Source: Candidatus Eiseniibacteriota bacterium
GTDB taxonomy: Bacteria; Eisenbacteria; RBG-16-71-46
Direction of reading: 5' to 3'
NCBI GenBank assembly: GCA_963776245.1
Contig: CAVZLN010000003.1
Coordinates: 128,001-192,000, forward strand
DNA: 64,000 nt
This document shows positions 1-8,992 of this stretch, piece after piece. The number at the start of each line of letters is the position of its first letter. Position 1 is the first letter of the stretch. The translations under genes were made by a program, and so were the position numbers. The notes beneath the pieces are model-generated. The model had not been told where the DNA came from and did not search any database. It saw nothing but the letters and a program-made list of their open reading frames with translations.

Positions 1-1096
1 GCGCGCTCGCGCGGCGCGTGACCGACGTGCCGATCCGCAGCGCGATCAGCCCCAGCAGCCCGAGCGGCCACTTGAGCGCCAGCGCGACCGGGAAGTAGGA
101 CCAGACCGGCCCGCGGCGCACCTCCCCGAAGAGATACGTGTCGCGCTCGCCCGGGGTGGCCAGCAGGGCGAGGTAGTCGAGTCCGGCGAGCGCGGCCTCG
201 GGCACGGGCAGGCGCAGCCCCGGCAGGCGTTCGCGGAGCGCCTGGAAGGCGTGCGAGCGCACCGGCAACTCGCGCAGCGGACGCAGCGGGGCCTGGCCGA
301 GGTAGGCGAGGTTGAGCGCGAGCAGCGACGTCAGGGGGAGCAGCGCGATGCCGGTCCACAGCCGGGCCGGACGGCGCACGCGTCCCAGCGCCGTCCCGAT
401 CAGCGCGATCAGCACGAACGCCACGCCGAGCTGGTACGCGTTGAAGCGCGTGGCGAGCGTCAGCCCCAGCGCGAGCGCGGTCGCGGCGAACCAGCGCCAG
501 CGCCCCGAGCGGGCGAAGCACCAGAACGCCGCCACCGAGGCGGTGGTGCCGAGCGCGAACGGCATGTCGATGCCCGCGAGCCCGGCGTGCGCGAGCGCCT
601 CGGGCGCGAACGCGTACGCGGCGAGCGAGAGCAGGCCGCCACGCGGACCGTGCATCCGCGTCGCCAGGCGCCATACCAGCCAGGCGAGCAGCGCCGAGAA
701 CAGGACGCCGACCGCGCGGGCGGCGAGATAGACGCGCGAATAGCGGTCCCGATTGAGCTCGGCGAAGGCGCGGCCGAGCGTGAACTCGTCGCCGGTGATC
801 GCTGACCGCCCCGGCGCCCGGGCCCCCGCCGCGAGCGCCGCCGCGCCGTACAGCGCCTTGGCCGCGGGGGGCTGCGCCACCGAGCCGTTGAAGTTCCGAT
901 GGACGACGATCGCCACGCCGGCCGGGACATGGAAGTTCTCGTCGAACGTGACCGAGTTGCGCAGTGCCCCCCACGACGCCAGCGCGACGTGCGCGGCGAT
1001 GAGCAGCAGCGCCCACGTCGTCAGTCGCGGGGGCACGGCGGGACGCGGGGCGCGACCCGCGGGCCCGGGCACGCGGCGCGCGGCCCCGCGTTTCAT
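1..1096 (-). CDS. GT-C (ArnT/PMT, family 39-like) membrane glycosyltransferase, 3' end runs off the window
   Basis: Hand translation from ATG at 1096 (ATGA overlap with the mltG stop) gives ...ALASWGALRNSVTFDENFHVPAG...AQPPAAKALYG: a TM helix then a T-x-DE-xx-H and PP motif, followed by hydrophobic segments. Confidence 0.7.
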   Translation of the reverse strand, partial: MKRGAARRVPGPAGRAPRPAVPPRLTTWALLLIAAHVALASWGALRNSVTFDENFHVPAGVAIVVHRNFNGSVAQPPAAKALYGAAALAAGARAPGRSAITGDEFTLGRAFAELNRDRYSRVYLAARAVGVLFSALLAWLVWRLATRMHGPRGGLLSLAAYAFAPEALAHAGLAGIDMPFALGTTASVAAFWCFARSGRWRWFAATALALGLTLATRFNAYQLGVAFVLIALIGTALGRVRRPARLWTGIALLPLTSLLALNLAYLGQAPLRPLRELPVRSHAFQALRERLPGLRLPVPEAALAGLDYLALLATPGERDTYLFGEVRRGPVWSYFPVALALKWPLGLLGLIALRIGTSVTRRASA

Positions 1097-2229
1097 CGCC
1101 CGCCCCGGGCGCCCGCAGGCGCTTTCGGGGCCACCGGGGGCGGCGGCGCCGCCGCGCTCGCCAGCGTGTCCCCGTGGGCCGCGCCCGCGGGGGCGTCGGC
1201 CGCCGCCGCGGCATGCAGGGCGCGCGCGATGGCGATGTTGGCGAGGTGCTGCTCGTAGGTCACCGCGAACAGGTGGCGGCCCTCGCCGCGGGCGACGAAG
1301 TAGAGCTCCCTGCCCCCTTCGCTCGGGTGCACCGCGGCCTCGATGCTGCGGCGGCCGGGGTTGCAGATCGGCCCCGGCGGCAGCCCCGGGTTGCGATAGG
1401 TGTTGAACGGCGAGACCGTGCGCAACTGGCTCAGGTAGAGCCGCGAGCGCGGGTTCATGCCGAGCGCGTACGCCACCGTCGGGTCGGCCTGCAGCAGCAT
1501 GTGGCGCGCCAGCCGGTTCAGGTAGACCTTCGCGATGCGCGCGCGCTCGACGTCCACCTGCGCCTCGGACTCCACGATGCTGGCGAGCGTGAGCACCTGA
1601 TGGAGCGACAGCCCGAGCGGCAGCGAGTCGATGCCGGCGGTGAGGTCGAGCAGCAGGGACTGCTGGCGCGCGGCCATGGTGCGCAGCGCCACCTCGGGCG
1701 GCGTGCCGGGCAGGAACTCGTAGGTCTCGGGCGCCAGGTAGCCCTCGAGCGAGGGCGCCTCGATCCCGAGCGAGTCGAGCAGCCCGCGGTCGCGCGCCAG
1801 CGAGTCGAACGCCCCCGGCGTGGCGCCGAGGTGCGCGGCGAGGATCGCCCCCACCTCGCGCACCGTGAGCCCCTCGGGGATGGTCACCAGGCTCAGCCCG
1901 CTCATGCCGCGCGCGAACGCGCGCAGCAGCGCCGGCACCGTGATGCCGGGGCGGAACGAGTACTGCCCCGCCTTGATGCCGCGGTCCACGTGCATCAGGC
2001 GGGCGAGCACCTGGAAGCCGAGCGTGCCGCGGAGCAGACCGACGCGCTGCAGCTCGCCGGAGATCTCGCGCAGCGTCTGGCCGCGCCGCACCAGCACCAC
2101 GCGGCGCTCGCGCGGCGGGAACGGACCGGCGGGCAGCAGCAGGTCGGACGCCACCGCGAGCCCGCCGATGGCCAGCAGCAGCATCGCCCAGCGGCGCGGG
2201 CGGAAGGTGCCGCGGCGGCGCGGGCTCAC
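1093..2229 (-). CDS. mltG: Endolytic transglycosylase MltG (YceG family)
   Basis: TIPEG, LEGYLAPETY, LASIVESEA, LQADPTV, SPFNTY..PGLPPGPICNPG motifs; N-terminal TM; GTG start overlaps the ruvX stop. Confidence 0.95.
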   Translation of the reverse strand: MSPRRRGTFRPRRWAMLLLAIGGLAVASDLLLPAGPFPPRERRVVLVRRGQTLREISGELQRVGLLRGTLGFQVLARLMHVDRGIKAGQYSFRPGITVPALLRAFARGMSGLSLVTIPEGLTVREVGAILAAHLGATPGAFDSLARDRGLLDSLGIEAPSLEGYLAPETYEFLPGTPPEVALRTMAARQQSLLLDLTAGIDSLPLGLSLHQVLTLASIVESEAQVDVERARIAKVYLNRLARHMLLQADPTVAYALGMNPRSRLYLSQLRTVSPFNTYRNPGLPPGPICNPGRRSIEAAVHPSEGGRELYFVARGEGRHLFAVTYEQHLANIAIARALHAAAAADAPAGAAHGDTLASAAAPPPPVAPKAPAGARGGR

Positions 2230-2666
2230 GGCCGCTCCCCGCGCGCCGCGCGCACGTGCAGGCGGGTCAGGAACGACTCCAGCAGGGCCACCGCCGCGCC
2301 CTGGTCCACGCGCGACTTGTGGCGCCCGGTGCGCACCCCCGCCTCGCGCAGCCGGCGGGTGCTGAGCGCCGAGGTCAGGCGCTCGTCGTAGGTCTCGACC
2401 GGCAGCCCGGTGGCGGCGGCGAGCGCGTCGGCGAAGCGCTGCGCGGCCTCGGCCGCCGTGCCGCGCGCGCCCGAGAGCAGCAGCGGCATGCCCACCACGA
2501 TGCGCTCGGCCTCGCGCTCGCGCGCGCACTCGGCCACCCGCGTCACCGCGGCGGCCGCGCTCTTCACCTCGAGCGTCTCGAGACCGGTGGCGATGATGCC
2601 GTCGGGGTCGCTGAGCGCCAGACCGATCCGGCGTTCGCCCCAGTCCACGGCGAGGATGCGGGCCAC
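2226..2666 (-). CDS. ruvX: Holliday junction resolvase-like / pre-16S rRNA nuclease RuvX (YqgF)
   Basis: ILAVDWGERRIGLALSD, DERLTS, VDQGAAVALLESFL; next to mltG. Confidence 0.95.
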   Translation of the reverse strand: MARILAVDWGERRIGLALSDPDGIIATGLETLEVKSAAAAVTRVAECAREREAERIVVGMPLLLSGARGTAAEAAQRFADALAAATGLPVETYDERLTSALSTRRLREAGVRTGRHKSRVDQGAAVALLESFLTRLHVRAARGERP

Positions 2667-2685
2667 GGTGGCGCCGGCCGGGCGA

Positions 2686-3136
2686 TCAGCCGTTCGCGGC
2701 GGCGGCGGCGCGACGGCGCTTGACGAGGTGGCAGGTGGTGCCGCTGGCGTCGAAGCGGAACTCCACCGTGTCCATGCACGCGCGCATGATGTAGATGCCG
2801 CGGCCGCGCAGCTCGAACAGGCGGTCGGGAGAGGTGACGTCGGCGTCCACCAGCTTGAGGTCGAAACCGGGGCCGGTGTCGTGCACCGTCACCTCGAGGC
2901 GGTCGGGCCAGATCGCGAACTCGATGTCGAAGGCCTTCGAGGCGTCGCGCTTGTGGCCGTGCTGGATGGCGTTGGTGCCGGCCTCGATGACCGACATGTT
3001 GACCTGGGAGGCGGCATCGTCGCTCGAGCTCCATGCGCTCGCACAGCGCGGTGCACACGCGGTCGAGCACGGCGAGCAGCTCGAGGCGGCTCGGGAGGCT
3101 CATGCGGATGACTTCGGGGGCGTCGGGCTTGGGCAT
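2686..3136 (-). pseudogene. RsbW-like anti-sigma factor (HATPase_c_2), split by a 1-nt frameshift near 3020 (possibly a sequencing error)
   Basis: N-half MSLPSRLELLAVLDRVCTALCERMEL and C-half DDAASQVNMSVIEAGTNAIQHG...DTGPGFD...RGRGIYIMRACMD lie in different frames. Confidence 0.8.
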
Positions 3137-3141
3137 GGTCG

Positions 3142-4122
3142 TCAGCGGGTGGCGCGGTCCCGGAACGCGCGCAGCGCCTCGAGGGCGCGTTGGAGGTCGC
3201 CCGGCAGAGCCGAAGTGAACTCGAGTGCCTCACCGGTTACGGGGTGCTTCAATTCCAGTCGGCTCGCGTGGAGCGCCTGTCTCGGCAGGATCTCCAGCAG
3301 GGCCCCAGCGAGGCTACGCTGGGCCGGATCGGGACTCAACGCCTTTCTTCGCCCGCCGTAGACCGCGTCGCCGATGACCGGCATGCGGGCGTACGCCAGG
3401 TGGACGCGGATCTGGTGGGTGCGGCCGGTGTGCAGCCGCACGTCCAGCCGCGTCGCCACGCCGAAGCGCTCGGCGGCGCTCCAGTGGGTGACCGCCAGCC
3501 GCCCGCCGCGGCGCGTCACCGCCATGCGCTTGCGCTCGTGCGGATCGCGCGCGATGGGCGCGGCGATGGTGTCCTCGTCCACCCGCGGGTCGCCCCACAC
3601 CAGCGCGGTGTACGCGCGCTTCACCTCGCGGCGGCGCATCGCCTCGATGAGCACGCGGTGGGCGCGCGCGGTGCGCGCCACCACCAGCAGGCCCGAGGTG
3701 TCCTTGTCGAGCCGGTGCACGATCCCCGGGCGGTCCTCGCCGCCCACGCCGGCGATCGCCGGGTCGTGGTGGAGCAGGCCGTGGGCGAGCGTGCCGGTGC
3801 TCACCCCGGCGCCCGGGTGCACCACCAGCCCGGCCGGCTTGTCGATGATCATGAGATCGTCGTCCTGATGCACCACCACCAGCGCCATGTCCTCGGGCGC
3901 GAGCGTGGAGGGCACCACCGCGGGGATGGCGATCGCCACCGCGTCGCCGGCGCGCACGCGCCGCGAGGCGCGCGCCGCGCGGCCGTTCACCGTGACGTGG
4001 CCGGAGTCGATGAGCTGCTGGACGCGATTGCGCGAGAGGTCGGGCTGCGCGGCGGCGAGGAAGCGGTCGAGCCGCTCACCCGCGGCGTGCGGCGGGACCG
4101 GGAGCGTCAGCATCCCGTCCAC
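3142..4122 (-). CDS. rluD: RluA-family (RluD-like) pseudouridine synthase
   Basis: S4 domain (RLDRFLA...SRNRVQQLI), GIVHRLDKDTSGLL, TGRTHQIRVH, RQALHA. Confidence 0.92.
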   Translation of the reverse strand: MDGMLTLPVPPHAAGERLDRFLAAAQPDLSRNRVQQLIDSGHVTVNGRAARASRRVRAGDAVAIAIPAVVPSTLAPEDMALVVVHQDDDLMIIDKPAGLVVHPGAGVSTGTLAHGLLHHDPAIAGVGGEDRPGIVHRLDKDTSGLLVVARTARAHRVLIEAMRRREVKRAYTALVWGDPRVDEDTIAAPIARDPHERKRMAVTRRGGRLAVTHWSAAERFGVATRLDVRLHTGRTHQIRVHLAYARMPVIGDAVYGGRRKALSPDPAQRSLAGALLEILPRQALHASRLELKHPVTGEALEFTSALPGDLQRALEALRAFRDRATR

Positions 4123-4621
4123 CTTCGACCTCCGTCGCGGGCGCCGGCGGCGCGGCGTGCGCCCGCGGCGTGCGCACCGCGACCAGCGCGAACAGCACCA
4201 CGCCCGCCGTCACCGAGGTGTCCGCCAGATTGAAGACCGGGAACGACCACGACTTCCACGACAGCAGGATGAAGTCCACCACCTCGCCGCTGGTGACGCG
4301 GTCGATGAGATTGCCGATCGCGCCGCCGAAGATCAGCGACAGCGCCCACTGGCGCGGCCGGTCGGTGATGCGTCCGCGCAGCAGCAGCCCCAGGATGGCG
4401 AGCGCGGCGAGGATGGAGAAGATGTAGTAGGGGAAGCCGGTGCCCGCGCCGATGCCGAACGCCACACCCGAATTGCGCGTGTAGGTGAGCCGCACCAGCG
4501 TGCCGACCACCTCCACCGGCGGCCGGTAGGCGAGCGCATGGGTCGCCCAGTGCTTGGTCCACTGATCCGCCGCCACGACCGCGCCCGCGACCAGCGCGAG
4601 CCGGAGCAGGGAGCGTCTCAC
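4076..4621 (-). CDS. lspA: Lipoprotein signal peptidase II
   Basis: DQWTK, NSGVAFG, GGAIGNLIDR, VVDFI, FPVFNLAD; GTG start overlaps the upstream stop. Confidence 0.95.
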   Translation of the reverse strand: MRRSLLRLALVAGAVVAADQWTKHWATHALAYRPPVEVVGTLVRLTYTRNSGVAFGIGAGTGFPYYIFSILAALAILGLLLRGRITDRPRQWALSLIFGGAIGNLIDRVTSGEVVDFILLSWKSWSFPVFNLADTSVTAGVVLFALVAVRTPRAHAAPPAPATEVEGGRDADAPGPAARRG

Positions 4622-5628
4622 TGGCCGATCTGGCCCGCGGTCCGCCCCGCCTTCTCCTCCTTCTCCTTGCACGGCACGCACAGGCGCGCGTACGGCATCG
4701 CCTCGAGCCGCGCGCGGGAGATGGGCTTCTCGCAGATCTCGCAGGTGCCGTACTCGCCGCGGTAGAGCCGGCGCAGCGCCTCGTTGATGTCCATCAGCAG
4801 CCGGCCCTCGGCCGAGGCGAACAGGAACGCCTTCTCGCGCTCCATCGCGTCGGTGCCGGCGTCGGCCATGTGGAACGCGTAGCCCGACAGGTCTCCGGCG
4901 GAGTCGCGCGGGTTCACCTTGAGCACGGTGTTCTCGAGGTGGCCCATCTCGGTGAGGATCTTGGTGCGCTCGGCGAGCAGGCGCTGTTCGAATTCCTTCG
5001 TGTCCTTGTCGGTCACGCCCTGGACTCCTTGGGGAGAGATCGGTCGGGGTGCGGGCTTCGAGGTCGTGAGCGGCCGGTTGACGTGGGGCGCCGGGCCGGA
5101 GTGCGCCTTGGCGCGCGATTCGGGAGGGAGCACGCCGAGCGGCCGCACGTTCGGCGCCGGCACCGCGTGCCGGACCACCGGCCGCAGCTTGCGCGGCAGC
5201 CGGGACGCGAGCGTGCCGGTCTTGAGCGCCACCGTGCCGGGCTTGCCCTTGACCGCCGGCTTGCCGATCACGCGCGGCACGGGTGGCCTTTGACCGCGGG
5301 CTTGCCGATGACGCGCGGCGCCGGGTGTGCCCTTGACCGCGGGCTTGCCGATGACGCGCGGCGCCGGCGTGCCCTTGACCGCGGGCTTGCCGATGACGCG
5401 CGGCGCGGGCTTGCCCTTGACCGCGGGCTTGCCGATGACGCGCGGCGCCGGCTTGCCCTTGACCGCCGGCTTGCCGACGGCGCGCGGCGCGGCTTTCGGC
5501 TTCACCCGCGGCGCGGGCTTCGCCTTCGCCCGGGGGGCCGGCCTCGCCTTCGCCCGCGGCGCGTGCTTCGCCTTCGCCTTCGGAGTGGGCCGCTTCGCGG
5601 CCTTGCCGGTCCTGCGCTGCGTCGCCAT
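4618..5628 (-). CDS. TraR/DksA-family C4 zinc-finger regulator with a long basic repetitive N-terminal extension
   Basis: HMADAGTDAMEREK coiled-coil tip; CEIC...RARLEAMPYARLCVPC; ATG at 5628 preceded by AAGGAGGAG. Confidence 0.9.
   Translation of the reverse strand: MATQRRTGKAAKRPTPKAKAKHAPRAKARPAPRAKAKPAPRVKPKAAPRAVGKPAVKGKPAPRVIGKPAVKGKPAPRVIGKPAVKGTPAPRVIGKPAVKGTPGAARHRQARGQRPPVPRVIGKPAVKGKPGTVALKTGTLASRLPRKLRPVVRHAVPAPNVRPLGVLPPESRAKAHSGPAPHVNRPLTTSKPAPRPISPQGVQGVTDKDTKEFEQRLLAERTKILTEMGHLENTVLKVNPRDSAGDLSGYAFHMADAGTDAMEREKAFLFASAEGRLLMDINEALRRLYRGEYGTCEICEKPISRARLEAMPYARLCVPCKEKEEKAGRTAGQIGQ
5241..5490. repeat. About 6 tandem 42-bp coding repeats (PAPRVIGKPAVKG[K/T])
   Basis: CCTTGACCGC-like core recurs at about 5247, 5288, 5331, 5373, 5415 and 5457. 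Confidence 0.9.
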
Positions 5629-5664
5629 CGTCTCCTCCTTCATCGGCCGGAGCGGATCCCGCCC

Positions 5665-6501
5665 CTAGCGTGCCTCTTCGAGCCGGCGGACCACCTCGGT
5701 GACCAGTCGGATGAGCACGGGCGCCGCGCGCCCCGCCACCGCCAGGATCGCCGGGATGGCCACCGGGTGAAGGTCGTCCGGCAGACACGAGTCGGTCACG
5801 ACGTTGAGCGCGAGCACGCGCTGGCCGCCATGCACCGCCACGATGGTCTCGGGCACCAGCGACATGCCCACCACGTCGGCGCCCGCCCAGCGCAGGAAGC
5901 GGTACTCGGCGGCGGTCTCGAGGTTCGGCCCCGGGACGCCGACGAACACCGCGCGCTGGAGCGGCGTGCGCTGCTCGAGGGCGACCGCCTCGGCGAGGCG
6001 CACCAGCGCGCGGGCGTACGGCTCGCTCATGTCGGGGAAGCGCGCGCCCAGCGATTCGTCGTTGGGCCCGATGAGCGGGTTGTCGCCCATCAGGTTGATG
6101 TGGTCGGTGGTGACCGTGAGGGTGCCCGCGGGCATGTCGGGGTTCATCCCGCCGCACGCGTTGGTGATCACCATGGTGTCGCACCCGAGCGCCTTGAGCA
6201 CGCGCACCGGGAACGACACCTGCTCCATGGTGTAGCCCTCGTAGTAGTGCACGCGGCCCTTCATCACCGCGACCGCGCGGCCCGCGAGCGTGCCGAGGTG
6301 CAGCTCGCCGGCATGGCTCTCGACGGTGGAGACCGGGAAGTGCGGGATGTCGGTGAACGGCACCACCGCGTCCACCTGCAGGGCGTCGGCGAAGTCTCCC
6401 AGCCCGGTGCCGAGGATGATCCCGACCTGCGGCTGCACGCGCGTCCTCGCGCGCACCGCCGCCGCGGCCTCCTCGATACGCGTCTTCAGCTCACCCGCCA
6501 T
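5665..6501 (-). CDS. punA: Purine-nucleoside phosphorylase (trimeric, PNP I type)
   Basis: IILGTGLG, STVESHAG, GRVHYYEGY, TNACGG, GPNLETAAE, VGMSLVPE. Confidence 0.93.
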   Translation of the reverse strand: MAGELKTRIEEAAAAVRARTRVQPQVGIILGTGLGDFADALQVDAVVPFTDIPHFPVSTVESHAGELHLGTLAGRAVAVMKGRVHYYEGYTMEQVSFPVRVLKALGCDTMVITNACGGMNPDMPAGTLTVTTDHINLMGDNPLIGPNDESLGARFPDMSEPYARALVRLAEAVALEQRTPLQRAVFVGVPGPNLETAAEYRFLRWAGADVVGMSLVPETIVAVHGGQRVLALNVVTDSCLPDDLHPVAIPAILAVAGRAAPVLIRLVTEVVRRLEEAR

Positions 6502-6790
6502 CGCGTGCCTGCTCCGTCCGCAGCGCCGCGTCCACGCGCCGCCGCACCTCGGCCTCGTCGAGGCCTTCGATCTCGACCGTCTTCGAGCGCGAGGACCCGC
6601 CCCGCGCCACCGTCACCTGCCGCCGCGCCACGCCGAGCGTGTCCGCGATCAGCTCCACCACCGCCTCGTTCGCGCGACCGCCCTCGGGCGGCGCCGCGAC
6701 CGCGAGCTTGAGCGCCCCGTCCTCCCGCCACCCCGCGAGCCCCGCGCGCCGCGCGCCGGGATGCACCCGCACCGCGAGCCGCGCGGTCAC
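6491..6790 (-). CDS. DUF167 (YggU/UPF0235) family protein
   Basis: VRVHPGARR...LKLAVAAPPEGGRANEAVV...GGSSRSKTVEI; yggS-yggT-yggU order. Confidence 0.9.
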   Translation of the reverse strand: MTARLAVRVHPGARRAGLAGWREDGALKLAVAAPPEGGRANEAVVELIADTLGVARRQVTVARGGSSRSKTVEIEGLDEAEVRRRVDAALRTEQARDGG

Positions 6791-7086
6791 CCCATGCGGA
6801 TCGCGAGGTCGCGCAGCGAACCGACCGCGAACTCGCGCAGGAAGTAGATCATCAGCATCACCACGAACGGCGCGAAGTCGAAGCCGCCGATCACGGTCGG
6901 GAACAGCCGGCGGACCGGGTCGCACACCGCGTCGGAGACGCGGTCGAGGAACATCACGATCGGGTTGTTGGGGTCGGGATGCACCCACGACAGCAGCGCG
7001 TTGATCAGCACCACCACCAGCAGGAGCTGGAGCACGATGTCGGTGACCCCGGCGACCCCGCTCAGCAGATGACCCAACACGAACAT
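6787..7086 (-). CDS. yggT: YggT family membrane protein
   Basis: LLSWVHPDPNNPIV...DPVRRLFP..GGFDFAP. Confidence 0.92.
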   Translation of the reverse strand: MFVLGHLLSGVAGVTDIVLQLLLVVVLINALLSWVHPDPNNPIVMFLDRVSDAVCDPVRRLFPTVIGGFDFAPFVVMLMIYFLREFAVGSLRDLAIRMG

Positions 7087-7095
7087 CCGGTTCTC

Positions 7096-7797
7096 CTAGC
7101 GGCCGCGCGCACCGAAGATCGCGGTGCCCACGCGGACCATCGTGCTGCCTTCCTCGACGGCGACCTCGAAATCGCCGCTCATGCCCATCGAGAGCTGCGG
7201 CAGCGCCCGCCCGAGCCGCTGCGCCGCGCGGTCGCGCAGCCCGCGCAGCCGCGCGAACCCCGCGCGCGCGTCCTCGGGGCGCTCCGCCGCCGCCCCCACC
7301 GTCATCAGCCCGTCGAGCGCCAGCCCCGGCATCACCGCGACCGCCTCGAGCAGCGGATCGAGCGCCTCGGGCGCGACCCCGAACTTGGTCGCCTCGCCGC
7401 TCACGTTCACCTCGACCAGCACCTGCAGCGTGACTCCCGCCGCGGTCGCCCGCCGCGACAGCGCGTGCGCCAGCCCGGCGTCGTCCACGCCGTGGACGCG
7501 GTCGAACAGCTCCACCGCGCGGCCGGCCTTGTTGCGCTGCAGGTGCCCGACCATGTGCCAGCGCACCGCGCTCCGGCCCACGGCCGGGACCCGGGCCTCG
7601 GCCTCCTGGACCCGGTTCTCGCCCAGGTCCGCCAGTCCGAGCGCCACCGCCTGCGCCACCACCTCGGTCGGCACCGTCTTGACCACCCCGATCAGCGTGA
7701 CGGCCCCGTGCGCGCGTCCGCAGCGGCTCTCGGCCGCGTGGATGCGGGCCCGGACCTCATCGAGACTGGCCTTCAGCGCCGCCGGGTGGGTATTCAC
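7096..7797 (-). CDS. yggS: PLP homeostasis protein YggS
   Basis: LIGVVKT, GENRVQE, WHMVGHLQRNKA, LSMGMSGDFEVAVEEGSTMVRVGTAIFG; start uncertain (7797 or 7818). Confidence 0.93.
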   Translation of the reverse strand: MNTHPAALKASLDEVRARIHAAESRCGRAHGAVTLIGVVKTVPTEVVAQAVALGLADLGENRVQEAEARVPAVGRSAVRWHMVGHLQRNKAGRAVELFDRVHGVDDAGLAHALSRRATAAGVTLQVLVEVNVSGEATKFGVAPEALDPLLEAVAVMPGLALDGLMTVGAAAERPEDARAGFARLRGLRDRAAQRLGRALPQLSMGMSGDFEVAVEEGSTMVRVGTAIFGARGR

Positions 7798-7871
7798 GGA
7801 ACGCGCGAGACTAGTCACGTCGCCCCGGTGGTGCAAGCGGGAAAGGGCGGGCGAACGGGCGGGGTGACGAA

Positions 7872-7900
7872 GCGCCCCGCCGCGCGAGGCGACGGGGCGC
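7872..7900 (-). terminator. GC-rich hairpin just past the tmRNA 3' end
   Basis: GCGCCCCG...CGGGGCGC inverted repeat; U-tract weak. Confidence 0.4.
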
Positions 7901-7905
7901 ATGGA

Positions 7906-8260
7906 TGGTGGAGGCGGCGGGAATCGAACCCGCGTCCGAAAACCGATCCCTGGAATCCACTACAGGCTTGTCCGGCCGATTAAGTCTCGCGCGCCCCCGC
8001 TCCGACCGGCGGGATCAGTGGCGCACCAGCTCGATTGGTTCTCATCCTCTGCCCCCGAGCGAGAGCTTCGGACCAGCCCGCGTTTGTATGACGCTCGCAC
8101 CGTCCCCCGCGGGCGGGGTCCGGGCGATCGTCGTCGCTATTTAAGCGGCGAAAGCAAACTGCTCGTTGGCAGTTGCGTGTTTCCCGTTTTTTTGACGAGG
8201 ACACGGGTCCCCGGCCTGCGTCTTCCGATTCACGGTCCCCGTCGAGACCTTTGCGCCCCC
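7906..8260 (-). ncRNA. ssrA: tmRNA; tag peptide (A)ANEQFAFAA*
   Basis: 5' GGGGGCGCAAAGGTCTCGACGGGG; 3' T-arm GCGGGTTCGATTCCCGCCGCCTCCACCA; tag ORF 8170-8141 ending in AA-stop. Confidence 0.97.
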
Positions 8261-8262
8261 TC

Positions 8263-8386
8263 TCAGGCTTCCCCAGGACCCCGATCGCTGCGTTGCCTCC
8301 GTCGCTCGTCGCTGCGACGTATCTTCCGATACGTCTCGCTCCTCGCTCGGTCGGCGCCTTGCGCTCGGGCCCCTGGAGAAGCCTGA
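8263..8386. repeat. 124-bp palindromic REP/MITE-like element
   Basis: Terminal inverted repeats TCAGGCTTC/GAAGCCTGA, inner CCAGG/CCTGG, apical GACGTATC-ttcc-GATACGTC. Confidence 0.65.
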
Positions 8387-8442
8387 CCGCAGGCGTGCAA
8401 ACCGCTTGCTGTGGCCCGCTCGCGGCTTCGCCGCGACGCTAC

Positions 8443-8868
8443 TCAAAAGGGAATATCGTCATCCGGGCCGCCGGCGAAATCGCCGGTCATTGGATCGTCG
8501 GGCGGGACGGTGGCGCCGGCGTCATCACGCGCGGGCTCGCCGCGGCCGCCCAGCAACTGCATGTTCTGGCAGACGATCTCGGTGCTGTAGCGCTTCTGGC
8601 CCTGCTGGTCCTGCCATTGGCGGGTCTGGATGCGACCCTCGATGTACACCGAGCGGCCCTTGGTGAGGTACTGCTGGGCGATCTCGGCCTGGCGCCCGAA
8701 CAGCACCACCCGATGCCACTCGGTGGACTCCTGTTTCTGGCCGTTCTTGTCGGTCCACTTCTCGGTGGTGGCGATGCGCAGATTGGCGACCGAAGACCCG
8801 CCCTGCGTGAAGCGCACCTCGGGGTTCGCGCCCAGATTGCCGATGAGGATGACCTTGTTCACGCCCAT
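8443..8868 (-). CDS. ssb: Single-stranded DNA-binding protein
   Basis: [24 protein letters not shown]-terminal DDDIPF. Confidence 0.97.
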   Translation of the reverse strand: MGVNKVILIGNLGANPEVRFTQGGSSVANLRIATTEKWTDKNGQKQESTEWHRVVLFGRQAEIAQQYLTKGRSVYIEGRIQTRQWQDQQGQKRYSTEIVCQNMQLLGGRGEPARDDAGATVPPDDPMTGDFAGGPDDDIPF

Positions 8869-8992
8869 GTGCGACTCCCGGGAAGGTAGGGGCCCCATGC
8901 GGGGGGCATTCGACGTGCCGGAAGCATACGGGCCACGCGTCCCGGGGGCAATGGCTCTCCCGAGGCCGCGCCCCGCGGCGGAGGGTGGTGTC

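Noticed and set aside
5241..5490. 42-bp repeats as a CRISPR array
   Set aside because: Units are contiguous with no unique spacers, encode an in-frame peptide repeat, and no cas genes are present.
7901..8446. Short ORFs across the tmRNA region
   Set aside because: They overlap ssrA and the palindromic element; only the tag-peptide frame is meaningful.
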